From the NCBI GenBank assembly GCA_964188305.1, contig OZ076892.1: a stretch of DNA of 64,000 nt; one strand, given 5' to 3'. The notes under the pieces were generated by a model, which was not told where the DNA came from, ran no database searches, and saw only the letters and a list, made by a program, of their open reading frames with translations. Of this stretch, positions 35,978-48,214 are shown piece after piece. A program made the translations under genes and the position numbers. Origin of the DNA: Podarcis bocagei (taxonomy: Eukaryota). Positions within the stretch are counted from its first letter, which is position 1, and each line of letters begins with the position of its first letter.

Positions 35978-36607
35978 TTTGTGCAAGTCATGGAGAAAGT
36001 GGATAGAGAAAAGTTTTTCTCCCTCTCTCATAACACGAGAACTTGTGAGCATTCAGTGAAGCTGAATGTTGGAAGATTCAGGACAGGTAAAAGAAAGGAA
36101 GGGAGGGAGGGAGGGAGGGAGGGAGGGAGGGAGGGAGTACGTCTTCATGCAGTGCATAGTGATGGTCACCAACTTAGATGGCTTTAAAAGAAGATTAGAC
36201 AGATTCATGGAGGAGTGGGCTATCGATGGCTACTAGCCAAAATGGCTATGCTCTGCCGCCATCCTATGCCCTTTTAAAATGTGGGGTTTTGGGGGGGGGG
36301 GTTGTTTTCGTTTTGATTATGTATTTTGTGTTTTTATATTTTGATTTTATTCTGTGAACTGCCCTGAGACTTCCAGATATAGGGTAGTATATAGATTCAA
36401 TAAATAAATAAATAAATAAATAAAAGTTGGAGGCAGTAATGCTTCTGAATACTAGTTGCTGGAAACCATAGGAGGGGTGTGTGTTCTTGTGCTAAATTCC
36501 TGCTTGTGGGTTTCCCACAGATGTTTGGCTGGTCACTGTGAAAACAGGACGCTAGACCAGATCATGGGCCGTTGGCCTAATCTAGCAGGATTTTCTTAGG
36601 TTCTTAT
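35978..36607 (+). mobile_element. CR1 LINE 3' end, interrupted by an L2-like 3' tail with (AAAT)n at about 36266-36425
   Basis: Homologous to 6427-6870 (EKVDREKFFSLSHNTRT...). Confidence 0.8.
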
Positions 36608-38777
36608 GCATGTGCATGCCTTCCCCATTCACTTCAGTGGAGCGGCTTGCAGGATGTGCAGCAATGGACTTAAATGCAAGAAAGCTTCTTGGAGAAGCTT
36701 TTGTGGGTGGGGGAGCTCTATGTGTGGTTTGGCTGTCTCCCATCCTCCTCAGCCAACCTCCAAATTGAGGGATAGAAGTGCCTTGCATTATTTACATTAT
36801 AAAAGTTCTATATCAAACTTTTTGATACATGGTGAAAGCCTTTCAAATACTATTTGAAATGTGTTGATTCTATGGAGGGAGGGAGGAATTCTCTTTGAAA
36901 CCTGGACAGTGTCCCTTCTGAATTGGAGGAGTATAAAGCCATCCAAGCTTGTGCCACGAGTTATAAACACTGCTGGATGGAGTGCTGTAATTGATTTTTG
37001 TTCTGTGTTTATAAAGCTGGCCAGACTTAGGTTGCAAAGATCAAAGCAGTTGGCTCACAAAGGCCTGCTTCTTCCCCTCCTCCCAGCTCCTTCATCTCTC
37101 CACTCAACTGCAATGAGTCTAGCAATACATCTGCTTCCCAGTTGCTGTCCAGCTTCCAGTGGACTCTGGCTTCCCAGATGCAATTCCACTTTTTGTTTTT
37201 CTTATTTTTCAAAGGAGAATCAGAAGGAGGTGGTGGGGTCTGTCCCCAGCCACCCCTGCTGCAATTCGCCTGAGGATATAGAACATCTGGGGCACCATCC
37301 AGCAAAAGCTAATTGCAATTTAAGTCCTCTTGGAATGAGTGGGACTTAAGTAGTCACAAAGCTGATGCCTTGTGCACACCTGGAACAGATGAGTCATGTA
37401 GCAGTGGAATGGCCTCTATCAGTTTGAAAAGCAAAGGTGTTGGTCCAAAATACTAGATGGATGGAAGGATAGATGGATGGATTGCAGTGTGATGACAATT
37501 TCAGAATTGCAGGGTTCTTTCATGATAGTTACAGCCACACATCCTTCTAAGATTATTCAACTTTCTAAGATTATACAATAAATTTATAATCCTACAATAA
37601 TAAGTAGGGATGCATTGCAACAATCAATGCCGATCTACTATTTTCTGCGCACGTACATGGGCAAATGGTTGGGAGTACTCCAACAACAACAAAATTGTGT
37701 TTACCAGGAAGCTCCATTGTATGCAACAGAACTTGCACACCATTCTCTTGACCCTGAAGCTCCTTGTGTTTGCAGTGTTGCTAAATGCTTAGCTTTGGAG
37801 CATACAGAATAACAACTCCTCAGGGTTCTTCCCATGTACCCTTGACAGAGTGACCCTAGGAGCCAAACCAGTGACTGACTCACCTCCTTTCACTCTGCTT
37901 GGCTCCAATCAGTGCAGAGAAGACTTCTCAGTGGCTAAAAAGCTCTCCGTTCATGCTGACTGGGCAGCTCTGGGGCACTGGAGACAGGGACCCCACTGCA
38001 GAAATAGTAACAGGTCTTCCACCACCCTGGACCACTACACCTCTGTCTTAGCATTTCATAGTTCACCATAGGTCCTGCGAGCAAGACCAGGTTTTGCTTT
38101 TCTGCCCTCTGAAAGTCTCCCTAAATTTGTGCCTATATAAAAAAAAATAGCCTATGCAAATGTGTCTCACGGGTCTGATATATACAGGACAAAGTCCACA
38201 CAGGATGTCCTTATCTTGGCAAAGTTCTTCATACACTTACATGTGCTTACCATGCACAATGGCCCAGTCACATGTAGTCCCACCACTTCAGCTGTGGACC
38301 CACCTGGGCCATCAGTCACTGGCATGCCAACATTAACATGTGAACTGGCACGTGAAGAAAGCAGACGCATGGAAGGGCTTTCACACCAGGCCTTCTTCAG
38401 CACCACTCAGGTGGCATTGACAGGTGGCAGTTGCCAATGTGTGGCATCCCAAGGTGTGCTACATGCCTCTGGCAGCCCCTCAGATAAACTACTCCGCTCA
38501 TTATTTTGATCAAAGCAATGTCTGTGGAACTGAGGAAATCAAATAAACAGAAGGGCCTGCTATTTCCAGTCTGTATGAGCTGCCATTTGGGAATCTAATT
38601 AGCCGGCATGATTCTCCGCTTCTCTCTCTCTCTCTTTAGCCTGATGACATCGTCATTTCAGCAAGAAGAATGCTTTAGTGCTCTGCTTCATACATTGGTT
38701 TCACATCCCATCTCCACGATCCAGCCGAGATGAAAAGGGCCTGTCATCAGTTACTGGTGTGGATAGATGCACATAGA

Positions 38778-38922
38778 GGCTGTGTACATACTATACATTG
38801 AAGGCACAATGGAACTATAGTTTACCTCTCGCAGAACTGCAATTTCCAGCACCCTTAATCTACAGTTCCTGGGATAATTTGGGGGAAGCCATGTGCTGTA
38901 AATGTATGGCATCCATGCAGCC
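38778..38922. mobile_element. MITE (possibly PIF/Harbinger type); related pieces at about 18270-18425, 24480-24625 and 43700-43930
   Basis: Ends GGCTG.../...CAGCC; shared core ctacagttcc...gggggaagccatg...aaatgtat recurs through the window. Confidence 0.5.
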
Positions 38923-39070
38923 ACAGACATGATGTGTAAATTGCCTTGAGGCCTGTCAGGCGAAAAGGTGGGGCATAAATAAATGAATTACTACTACTAC
39001 TATATAACACTTTCCCAGTGGAGCACCCTGATTCATCTTGGGTGCATTCAGATATGGGAATTATTGCATA

Positions 39071-39484
39071 ATGTCACAGAAAGTTAATGCATTGTTGTGG
39101 AGTTGTCAATGGCTAACAAGAGAAAATTTCTGTGAATGAAGTAAGAGGTGATTTTCTCTGAGCAGGGAAAAAGCACCTCATTATTTCTGTTCTTAACACA
39201 TTTGTCTCCATCTTCTTGCTTCATCCTTGATTCTTGGACATCACCAGCTTGCTTCACACCATCTATGAAGTAGTTGATGCTTCAGTAAACCACTCTCCCA
39301 GCTGCAGTAAAACCTTGCGGGTGAAGCTCACCATAGCTCCAGATGGGACTCAGAAGAAGAAGAGTATCCTACTGAACCATTCTGGTAGGAGTTTGATTCT
39401 GAATTTCCAATGACAGATTTGTCAACTCTATGAAACTGACTTAGTTTCATAGTCTTATCAATCCACCTAACCCAGTTTTGCCAT
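39071..39484 (+). pseudogene. Inverted duplicated fragment of NKD1 (exon 7 copy at 39237-39384 plus both intron flanks)
   Basis: 39237-39384 translates DITSLLHTIYEVVDASVNHSPSCSKTLRVKLTIAPDGTQKKKSILLNHS and differs at 6 of 148 nt from the reverse complement of 58752-58899. Flanks align to about 58640-59040. The acceptor AG is changed to TG. Confidence 0.93.
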
Positions 39485-41121
39485 AATGGCAAGGACTCAT
39501 CTACAGCCTTTCTGGATTCAAGGCAGATTCTCTTCCACTGAGTTGTAGTACCTTCCTTCCCACTAGAAAACAAATCATTGGAAGCCTGCAGGGCTTCATT
39601 CAGATGTGGGGTTTGTTGCGTTACATTTTCCTGATTATAATCCCAGCACTTCTGTCTCAACTTCTAAGGTTCCTTTTTCACTGCATCACCTGTTGCATTA
39701 TGGAACTGCGGTTTGATGGATATATCAACATGTCATGCTAAATTTTAAATTATGGGATTTTTCTCATACATTACGATGCAACACTCCCACAATCTTCCAG
39801 GTTTTTTTGGGGGGAAATAAGGTGGAAATGATCGCTAAAGTTTCAAAAAGATCCTGTAAAATGTTGAAATCGTCAGGAAAGGAAATGTTGGTGAGATGGA
39901 ATAAAGCCCTACCTAAATACAGTCCTTGACATTCTCCCCTTTCCATAGCGACCAGATGCTTAGCACCTGGAAAAAGTCCTGGGTTTGCTCCTGGACAGTT
40001 CCATTTGGAAAGCATCTAAGGTAGCAGGCCTGTGAAAGTCACACAGAGATCTCACCTAGTCACTGCTAGTCAGAACTAACAAGAAAGCCCCAGGGAAGAC
40101 TATCCAAAGCAGTCAAAGTCCCAAACAAGGGACAAGAAGTCATGCCGTGTGGCTCTCTGATGCTTAAAAATTGCCCCTGTTTCTTCAAGTCCGGTCTTTC
40201 TGCCCCACTGCCAGTAATGAATAATTGAAATTTTTGCTGTCCTTGAACATGGTATTTCATTGCCAAATGTAATGGCTATTAGCTTTGGATAATGGGGCCT
40301 GCAACAAAACATTTTTAGTGTGGGTTGTGTTCTCTGTTCACAATTCCAGGCACTCCATTTCCACTCCTCACAACAGTCAGCATTCCATCGCCACTGAGCA
40401 AGTTCAGCTCTCACTGAACTGTGTCAGGGAGTTGCCTCTTTTAGGATTTTTATTGCAAACCTGCAAATAGCTCCCTCTTGTGTGGGTGGTGCTGTTTTGG
40501 TGGCACTTTGCCCCCAAAGATTGGGGAATGGTTTGTTTTGGAGAGGTACATCCACTTATCTTTAAAACAAAAATCACTGATGAGGCACTCACACCTGAGG
40601 TTTCATAGCATCTTGTGCCAGTGAGTTCCATAGGTTAATTGTTCCTGTTCAGCATCCAGATGGAGCAGACAGGTGATAATAGCAATGGCAATATACTGTG
40701 ATCCTGCGGCTTGTTATGGAGATGAAATTGGCAGTTGACTGAAGCAGATAAGATCGTTCCATACTCCGTGCTGCTTTCCACTTGTGGTTTCTTAACATTC
40801 CCCTGACATGACAGACTTTGATAGCATTAACAGCTAGGCTATGTCTCTTAATTTATGCTACATTATTATTGCTTCGCTGATATTGGAAGACAAATGTTCA
40901 ACTTACAGAAGCCTCTCTCTTTCAAGCCAAAGACCATGCCCACAAAGGGTGGGGGTGGAGAGAGAGGGGGGGAAACAGCCTCCAATATATTTTCCGTCAA
41001 TGCCCTTTAAAAAAATATTAAAAAATCAATTTTTGTCGAGTTTTTACACTGCACATAAAAGACTGTGGCATCAATTAGCCTTAATTCTTTCCTCTCTCTC
41101 TCTCTTTTCTTTTTTTGGAAA

Positions 41122-41301
41122 NNNNNNNNNNNNNNNNNNNNNNNNNNNNNNNNNNNNNNNNNNNNNNNNNNNNNNNNNNNNNNNNNNNNNNNNNNNNNNN
41201 NNNNNNNNNNNNNNNNNNNNNNNNNNNNNNNNNNNNNNNNNNNNNNNNNNNNNNNNNNNNNNNNNNNNNNNNNNNNNNNNNNNNNNNNNNNNNNNNNNNN
41301 N
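41122..41301. other. Assembly gap (180 N)
   Basis: Run of n. Confidence 1.
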
Positions 41302-42423
41302 TGCATGGCTAATAGAGTTTCATATGCCCTCTCACATCCTCCCTTTTAGCATCTTTTCTCTACAGAAGCCTGCACCCCACTGAGCCAATCCACACTTCAA
41401 AAGATTTCTGTCTATCTATTAGAAACAAAGCACAAAGTGAGAACATATGGCCCCTTTTAAATTCCCCACATTTAAGTCAATATCGTTTCTTTTCTCCTTT
41501 GGCAAAGAAACATAATAAGGTTTATCTCCCCCCCTCCCCTGCCCCCCCAACCTCCTTGTCATATCCCCCTCCCCCTCCCCAAAATCTGCAAGCTCCCTTA
41601 AATTGCTTCTGCCAATGTTGCAGCTACATTTCACATCAGAACTGGGTGTCCGTATGTGCATGAAGACGTATATATACACCTTAACTCTAGCTGTGTACTC
41701 CTTGACAGTGTACTCTAGGCCATTATTTTCCTGAATTTGGATTGAAGCTGGCCATATTTCATAAGAAATGTCAGGAAAGGTATGGATTGTGACCAAATGT
41801 CCGTAGTGCACTGCTTCTGAAACCAGCAGTGGGAGTGCATTGGATGCAGAATAAACAAGAATGTGTACAAAGCTTCTATTGGTGGGAGGAAGAAATCCTT
41901 CACTCTGTTATGTTTTTGAAAATGGCTTTTGTTGCTGTTGATCCAGCAGATGCATTTAGTTGATGTTGGTGGGGGACTGGGAAGCACCCCAAAATGTGAT
42001 TTTAAAAGGATAGAAGATGTTCTTGCACAAAATAAAACATTTTCAAATGCCACAATCAGGTGATACTTACACTATATTAGAATGAGCTGATAAAGGGGCA
42101 GCAGCCAACTGCATATTTATTTGATGCGACAGTTCCAGGTGCAAGTTGAAACTTGCAAGCAATTAACTTTTAACTTTTTATGGTTTTTATTGTACTTTTT
42201 TTTGTTTTATTGCTGGAAGCTTCTTTGAACCCAGATTTTAGATTTCAAAATATAATTGCACTCTTTTGTTTAAAAGCAGGTTTTGAAGGCACAGAAGATT
42301 ACAGAAAAGATCTGAGGAATAGACTATACCGCTGGTGTTTACATAAGCGGAATGAGGCATTAGAACCCTGGACCGGTTGGTAGGCTGCAGCTGGGGGGTT
42401 CTGTTTTTGAATGCTACTCCACA

Positions 42424-42424
42424 T

Positions 42425-42468
<44 letters not shown>

Positions 42469-42481
42469 TTATTATTATTAT
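42424..42481. repeat. (TAC)n(TAT)n compound microsatellite
   Basis: Direct reading. Confidence 0.95.
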
Positions 42482-45400
42482 CCCTGTGCTTATATCCCAC
42501 CCTTCCTTCTGTAGGAATCTCAGGGCAGCTAACATATGTAAGATAAAATAATCATAAAAACAACAATTAAAAAGCACACCAATATATACAGTATAAGGAT
42601 CAAAATATAATGCAGTGTTTTCACAGATATTTTTTTAATGTAATTCTCGGTTTAGAGCAGTTCAGTCGGGATTCTGCTGTATGTGCAGATTGGCCCTCAT
42701 GCTGGATGTTTTTAGACTGATGGTTTCCCAAGGAAAAAAAAAGACGGAAGCAAGAGCCCATATAGATGGCCCAAAATGGGGACGTTCCACTGGTTGGTTG
42801 TCTGTATCCTCCTTGCAGGAGGCAGGGAGGGAGCAGGTGTTTGGTGAAACGTGTGGTAGAATGACCAATAATATCTAATCCATACATTAAATACTCCAGG
42901 GTTTTATCAGGGCCTTCTAACAACTCTGCAACATTTCTACCAACCGTCAAGGTTGTATCCAGGGAAAGGCAGGACCACTCAAAAGAATGAAACCCAGCAG
43001 CAAGCCCAGCCAAGTTATTTTTCAACCCAGGAGTGTTTCCAGCCAACTTGACAGTCAATTTCGATCACTGGCCAGAATTTCCTTGCCAACAGTCACCATT
43101 GCATTGTAGATACTGCACACAGTCATTTGAAGAAACTAATTAACATTCACTCTAATTTGGAAACTATTGCTTCAGGGTCTGAGACAAAGAAACAAGGAAA
43201 AACAGAGCCAAATGCTCGTCGTGCCCTCAGGGCAGCAATACAGAAACTGAATTAGTAATGGAGGTGGTGTTTTCATGGAGACCAAAACACTTGCTTTTTA
43301 GAAAACAGAGATCTAAAATGTTAAGTTCGGCCCAGGGGCCTGGAATTGGGGAGTGGGGGAAGTCCTCCCTTGGTTGCTCTTGATAAACATGGCCTGTCTT
43401 AGAATATTTCTAACCATCATGCCAAAAGGCCGAACTTTAGGTCGATCAAAAGTTTGTCCCCGTCTGGGGAAATCTGTTATCAAATCAAGATTCCATCTAC
43501 TCAAGAGGCAGGTTGCTTCTCAAGGTGTTCTTGACTAGGCCTCAGGCTTTTTTGAAAACTGAAATCAGGTTTTGCATTGCTCCCACCATTTTATGGGCTG
43601 ACAAGTCCAAGCCTGGTTTAAAGGTAAACAGCACCAAAACACTATGATTATCACTTTGAACAGTCGCACAAAGCCCCCACAAAGAAAGTTGGGAAGTGTA
43701 GCTTGCTAAGGGTGCTGAAAGTTGCTTAGGAAACCCTATTCCCCTCACAGATTTCCCTGAGAAGAAAAATTGATAGTTAAACCACCCTGGGAACTTTAGT
43801 TCTGTGAAGGGAATAAGTATCCTCTAACAACTCTCGGCAACTTTAAGAAACTACATTCCACATGATTATTTAGGGAAAGTCTGTTTAAGTGGTTATGTTA
43901 CTGCTTTAAATGTATAGCATGGATGGTTCCCATGAAAGGAAAGCACATGTTGCCTATTATTAGCACCTGGCTAAGTGGGCAAAGTATCCCCCACTGTAGT
44001 GAGATGCGGTCTATTTCTAATTAAAGTAAAGCAACTTTCTAAATTTGCACCTGTATATCTATAGTAGCACTTGTAAATTTTATACAGACCTGAACAGCCT
44101 TTTGTCTCTACCCCCACCCCCCACCCCACAATGCATTTTGGATTTTTTGGCAACCCCTACATTCCCAACAAATCTCCAATAATAATGCAACAACCACAAT
44201 ATAAGAAGAGTTTGCCGCAGCATTAGTGAAGGTCCTCAATCATGTGACCAAAACAATTCTTCTACTTTTTTTTTTAATAAAAAAAGTCTAGAATACAAAT
44301 GAATGAAAATGAAATGAGAACTGGAGGAATGATGACGCTGAACTTAACAAAATAAAGGGGAGAAAACGTCTGAACTAGTAAAATTTTTAATTAACAGGGG
44401 TTTCTCTTGGCACAGTTTTGCTATTAAATAAATAAAGCATTTAGTCAAAACCATCTATATTAACTATACAAAATACTGAAAAGCAAACTTTTTTTCCTTT
44501 TTCCTTTTTTACAAAAATGTTATGGAGGCTTAAGAGTTCTGTGAATAAAAAATAACCCAAAACATAAACTGTGCTACATGACATGTTCAGTTATTCACAA
44601 TTAATGCACATTAATACAAATGCAAGACAGTATTTAAATACTGTATGTTTCTACATAACTGATATAAGTTTGTTTTTGTTTGTTTGTTTGTTTGTTTAAA
44701 AAAGCACATTGATGCCATGTTACTAAAGTTCATTTGCATTTCACAAAATCTCAGCATGATATAGTTTGCATTTTGGAAAGTGAACAAAACATCTCAACCA
44801 GCCAACCCCCACATAAGACACCCTGTTTAATTTCCTTCAGTATTCACCTTAAATTCTTTGAAAGATTAGCTCCACAGAGATCAAGAACAAAACACCCATT
44901 GATTGGAAAAAAAGGTGAACCTTCTCCCCCTTCCTTCGTTCCTGGGAGCCATTTTGCTGCCATCTTTTCTGACAGAAAAACTTACAGTGCCATTGGAAGC
45001 TTGCAGGTTCAATGTCCTGACTCAGTTGATTCAAAAGAAGGAAAGCTTAGTTCCCAGTTGGGTGGTAAAACCTGTGTCTGAACCAGTGGTGTCATGAGGA
45101 TTGGTATTTGGGGCCCCCACTCTGCATGGCCCTCAAATGCAGCAGGGTTGGTTTAAGTAAATGATGCAATACACAGTTTCATCCCCACTCCCCTGGTCAG
45201 ATCATTATATCCAGTCTTAAAATTACCTAATTACAATTGCTGGTCTGGGATGTACCACTTCAATCCACAGGTGGAGGCTCACATACAAAAAAGTCCCTTT
45301 AGACACATGAACATATTAGCAGGTCAGGGAGACCCCTGACTGTGGGAAAAGTCACCCGAAATGGTCAGGGGGGTGGAGCAATTGCCCAACAGTGGAAAAG

Positions 45401-46631
45401 TGACAATTTGTAGGTGTTTTTACCTCCATTGTTAGATGCAGCAATGCTTCTGAATACCAGTTGCTGGAAATCACTGTAGAGGTCCCACTTTCACGTGAGT
45501 TTCCCACAGGCCACTGTGAGAACAGGGTGCTGGACTAGATAAGCCAATGGCCTGACCCAGCAGGCTCTTGTTTGTTATGTTTTAGTTTAGCAGAAAGGTG
45601 ACTAACAGCGTAAATTGAGGTTTTAAAATATTAATAATAATTTATTGGTTTATATTCTGCCCTTCCTCTTGAAGGAACCCACGGTGGCAAACACAGCAGT
45701 GATAAAGCATTAAAAACATTATTCTAAATAGTTAAAGAACATTAGCAACCAGTGATCTCAGGGCGGTCAGGAACAGTGTCTGCTATCAAATGCCTGGGTA
45801 AAAAGGAATGTTTTTAGATTTCTCATGAAAGTCAGCAATGAGGGAGACAGATGCATGTCACTCAGGAGGGCATTCCACTGAAAAGGCCCCATCATGGAAC
45901 CAGGAAGCCCACAGTGGTGACACCAATAACTCTATGTAACCCCCAGGTAATAGGCCACTGAATATTATTTGCTTGGCGCTTGTAGTAATGGGGATATTAC
46001 AAGGATGGTTGTGTGTCCTTTATAGAGAGCAGTTCTCTGTTTGAAACTGTCATGTATTTGAAGAGTTTTCTGGTCAAAGTCCTGGGTAAAGATAAATCAC
46101 TGAGTACAGGGGCCTTGAGCTGCTCATCAACACTTGGATTGCAGTCTGAGCAGGCACTAGGTATGGGTGAATCTGCCCATTTCAGTTTCTGATTTTTCAG
46201 TTCTTAAGTCCATTTGGATTTTTTTTTTAAGTCCTCATGGACTTAAAATGAATTTCCCCTAACATACACATTATTGTATGCAGTTTCCCCTAACGTCCAC
46301 AATTGTACAAAACAATTTTCCCCAATATAATGCATATTTGTATGTAATTCTTATTAACACACATACACACACTTTATCCAAGCATGTGCATTTTTGTACA
46401 CATTATGTGGGTGGAAAACTGCAAAGCAAAATCAAAGGAGTGTGCATTTCGAAGGATGTCTGCATTTCACTTTGCCTTTAAATGTGAACCAAAAAAAATC
46501 TCTACCTCCATCCCTAGAGAGAATACATATCACCTGGCCAGTCTTTCTACCATTTAATTTCTATTTGAATTTTTCGATATTTGCATTTGGACATGTGACA
46601 TATGCACATTTTGTGCAAATCTACACCCTCG

Positions 46632-47268
46632 TGTCATAAACAAGCAAGTCAACAGGGAGGAGGAAGGGGATCCTGGCGAGGGGTGTAGCCAGGACTGGGA
46701 CAAGCTGGAATGGGGAAGGAGAAGATTGGTGTAGAAAGTACTCACAGGGTAATGGAGGATGATGAAGGGATGGGGGTCAGTGCACAGGAACCAGAGCAGC
46801 AGGACTCATCAACAGAGCCAGAGTGACCCCTGTCTCCATGAACATGGTGGGCTTTGAAGTGTAGGGAGCAGTGGGTGATGTGTTCCAGGAGGCTGAGGCA
46901 GGCAAGGGCCGACAGCTGGCCAGGTGAGGCTAACTAGTTTTAGATTTGTGATTCCTCAGCTGGAGTAGGCTTGGAACAGGTGAGGGTCACATGGCTCATC
47001 AAGCCCAGATGCTGCAATCAGCAGCCAAAGTGAAAAAGGGCAGAACTAAGGTTCCTGATCAACTACCCATGCTGATGGCGCCAGGATCTCTGTGGGACAC
47101 TGGGCATGTGGATTAAAACTGGACTGGGGATTTGACATACTGACTTGCAGGCCAGGGGTTCAGGACACCTTGTGATCTTTTTGTAATGTGTTGTTGTTTT
47201 TCCTAGATGGTGCATAGCTGCCCTGCTTGTGGACTTATCAAAGGCAATTAGGGGAGGCAGGTGTCACA
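46632..47268. mobile_element. Possible old solo LTR
   Basis: About 640-bp purine-rich block beginning TGTCA and ending TCACA, compositionally distinct from its flanks; no TSD seen. Confidence 0.3.
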
Positions 47269-47848
47269 ATGGGAAATGGAATGTAGGACTAGACTGGCCT
47301 TTGGTCTGACTCAGCAGGGCTCTTCTGGCAACTTTATGGTTCCAGCATAGTCTTCTTTTCCCCAGCATGCTACCTGCCAAGGTTCAAGGGGATTTTTTTT
47401 ATCTTATGGAAGAGCTTTCAGGCATTTGAACCTCCAACTGGCAATATAAAACAATGCACCTCAAAAGCAAGCTCACTGCCACCACAATGAGAACTAGGCA
47501 ACTGTCCTGTGTGTTGGCTACTTTTGGTCAAGAGCAAATTTAACCATTCACATCACGCCACTGCCATTTTGCACCTACACAAAACCAGCCTTGAGAGGCA
47601 TTCTCCTTGCACAACCTTGAGTTGATTTCTATCCTTTACCCCTAACAACATACATATAATCCCCTATAAAATGATTTAAAAGGTGCTTATCCAGGAAAAA
47701 AAAATCTTAAAGGTTAGATTAAGACCACCCCAAAACACACTGCCAATGCTTGGACTAACCCAACAAAATCTTGTAGCCAACACATCCATGACTCTCTCCT
47801 GAACAAAACGGATTGCCGAAGGGAGGGGGTATTGGGAGGAGTGTTGCT

Positions 47849-48214
47849 TAAAGGTAAAGGTAAAGGTACCCCTGACCGTTAGGTCCAGTTGCTGACGACT
47901 CTGGGGTTGTGCGCTAATCTAGCTCTATAGGCCAAGGAAGCTGGTGTTTGTCCACAGACAGCTTCCGGGCCATGTGGCCAGCATGACTAAGCCACTTCTG
48001 GCGAAACAGACCAACGCACAAAATGCCGTTTACCTTCCCGCCAGATTGGTACCTATTTATCTACTTGCACTTTGACGTGCTTTCGAACTGCTAGGTGGAC
48101 AGGAGCTGGGACCGAACAACGGGAGCTCACCCTGTTGCGGGGATTCGACCCGCCAACCTTCTGATCGGCAAGCTCTAGGCTCTGTGGTTTAACCCACAGC
48201 GCCACCCATGTCCC
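47849..48214 (-). mobile_element. Sauria SINE
   Basis: (TAAAGG)n tail at left and reverse-complement tRNA head (ggattcgacccgcc...cacagcgccaccc) at right; flanked by CTTAAAG; homologous to 24704-25059. Confidence 0.9.

Noticed and set aside
1-39000. Expected syntenic neighbour SNX20 on the plus strand
   Set aside because: No PX-domain or SNX20-like exon was recognised in the ORF track or by eye. It probably lies outside the window, although small exons could have been missed.
39237-39384. Exon of a separate functional paralogue such as NKD2
   Set aside because: 96% nucleotide identity plus alignable introns show a local duplication of NKD1; the acceptor is mutated and no other NKD exons were seen on the plus strand.
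40841-41383. ORFs spanning poly-X
   Set aside because: Artefacts of the 180-N gap.
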